Assembly: GCA_973895155.1 (NCBI GenBank)
Contig: OZ316898.1
Coordinates: 18,363,292 to 18,427,291, forward strand
Direction: 5' to 3'
Source: Marsupella aquatica
Lineage: Eukaryota > Plantae > Marchantiophyta
DNA length: 64,000 bases
The position numbers and the translations under genes were made by a program. The notes beneath the pieces are model-generated. The model made no database searches, had not been told where the DNA came from, and saw only the letters and a program-made list of their open reading frames with translations. Shown one piece after another: positions 62,926 through 64,000 of the stretch. Position 1 is the stretch's first letter. Each line of letters opens with the position of its first letter.

Positions 62926-63444
62926 CTTTCAATGTATAGAAGTCCATGGGCTTAAATGAGTGCAATTCTTGAACTTAGAAACCATGTAAGACAAGTTATT
63001 GAACTTTTTGCCATGAGAACCCTATGTGTACCAACATCACTAATAGATGAACAAAATGCTATAATTGAACTTATTTTGCCCCAATTCATACACTAAGGTC
63101 TCTCTAATTTTGGCCAGACACCTGTCAAAAAATGAGTATCACTAATTCATTTTTATGTGAATTAACCCATGAGGGTTTTGGATTTTAGAGTAAATGAGAA
63201 TAGGAAGGGTCGCAAATGTCGTAGCCCCAGGGCCCTCACTTCTTTTCTTCTGACCCATTGCCTGCGAAGAAGTTAGGGTTTTTTTTTATTCAGTTGAGTG
63301 GAAGACTTTAAATTTTGTCGATAGAATATAGGAGTGTTTTTAATACAATTTTGAGAAAATAAGAACTAATAGATTTTTTTAATACCAAATATGAGAATAT
63401 TTCTAGAATATTCTATAAATTTAGAGGTTAAAAATAATACAAAT

Positions 63445-64000
63445 TTACTTAATTTTCTTAAATTTTAAGGTGTTTTTATTCGAAAACTTTGCCCATGATA
63501 CATGACCTCCCTTGGAATGAAGCCCCAGACATAGGTGACTGCCTATAAGTACCAAAGTTGAGGGCAACCCTTCGCAGAGTTTGACAAGAGTAGATACGTA
63601 AATCTTACATGACGGACGAACTTCATTCCGTAAAGCAAAAGCCCGGAATAGTTGGTCTGAGCTTTGTTCACTTAGCAATACCATAGGATACACATAGTCA
63701 TTTGTCATATTCTTCAATGCTTCAGAGTCTCTAGATGTTGCAACAAATCTACTATCTTTGTGCATGCAAATGTCCTTCTGTAAGATTTCGACTATCTCAA
63801 GGTCAATTTCATCGGAAGACACATTATCTATAACGACCAGTAGGCATTTTTCTTTCAGAAAACCCAACCCTTGTCCATTCTGCACAATTGGCCTTCCATG
63901 ATGATGGAGATGCTTTAAGATCAAGCTCTTTACTGAAGCTTGCCTGTGTTGAATGTCTTCGATGAAACAGGTGTATTCATAGCTGCAAGTGATTGAACAA
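63445..64000 (-). CDS. NB-ARC (NLR-like) domain fragment, entering from beyond the window; possibly a pseudogene
   Basis: RNBS-A-like YEYTCFIEDI, kinase-2 LLVVIDNV, RNBS-B SRFVATSRD, RNBS-C LSEQSSDQLF and GLPL-like CEGLPSTL. Homology is lost near 63530 into AT-rich DNA. Confidence 0.8.
   Translation of the reverse strand, partial: CSITCSYEYTCFIEDIQHRQASVKSLILKHLHHHGRPIVQNGQGLGFLKEKCLLVVIDNVSSDEIDLEIVEILQKDICMHKDSRFVATSRDSEALKNMTNDYVYPMVLLSEQSSDQLFRAFALRNEVRPSCKIYVSTLVKLCEGLPSTLVLIGSHLCLGLHSKGGHVSWAKFSNKNTLKFKKIK

Overview
Eukaryotic nuclear DNA from a land plant, most likely seed-free (bryophyte or lycophyte-like). That placement is inferred from a HIP-type aquaporin, CRE-like retroelements and TTTAGGG motifs. 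Five genes look intact: a DExH-box RNA helicase (-) and spastin (+), which sit head-to-head and have intron-free coding regions; a CUE-like/coiled-coil gene (+, 7 coding exons); an aquaporin with an H/H/A/R filter (+, 3 exons); and RAD9 (-, 9 exons). There are two pseudogenes (a GT34 glycosyltransferase and an NCS1/PLUTO transporter), a truncated NB-ARC at the right edge, and an unassigned ORF pair near 8.6-10.2 kb. Mobile DNA includes a full-length but disabled Ty1/Copia element (344-bp LTRs, TTGTA TSD), a related solo LTR, a Tourist-like MITE, and a young 5'-truncated non-LTR retrotransposon with a restriction-like endonuclease (CRE-like). Several older relics of that CRE-like family appear to be present, one amplified into a 220-bp tandem repeat between the two divergent genes. 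The most notable signals are the multi-generation CRE-like family, the HIP-type aquaporin, the intron-free gene pair with apparent 5'-UTR introns, and a dense GTAC cluster with no gene next to it. All family assignments come from recognising motifs by eye; no database searches were run.
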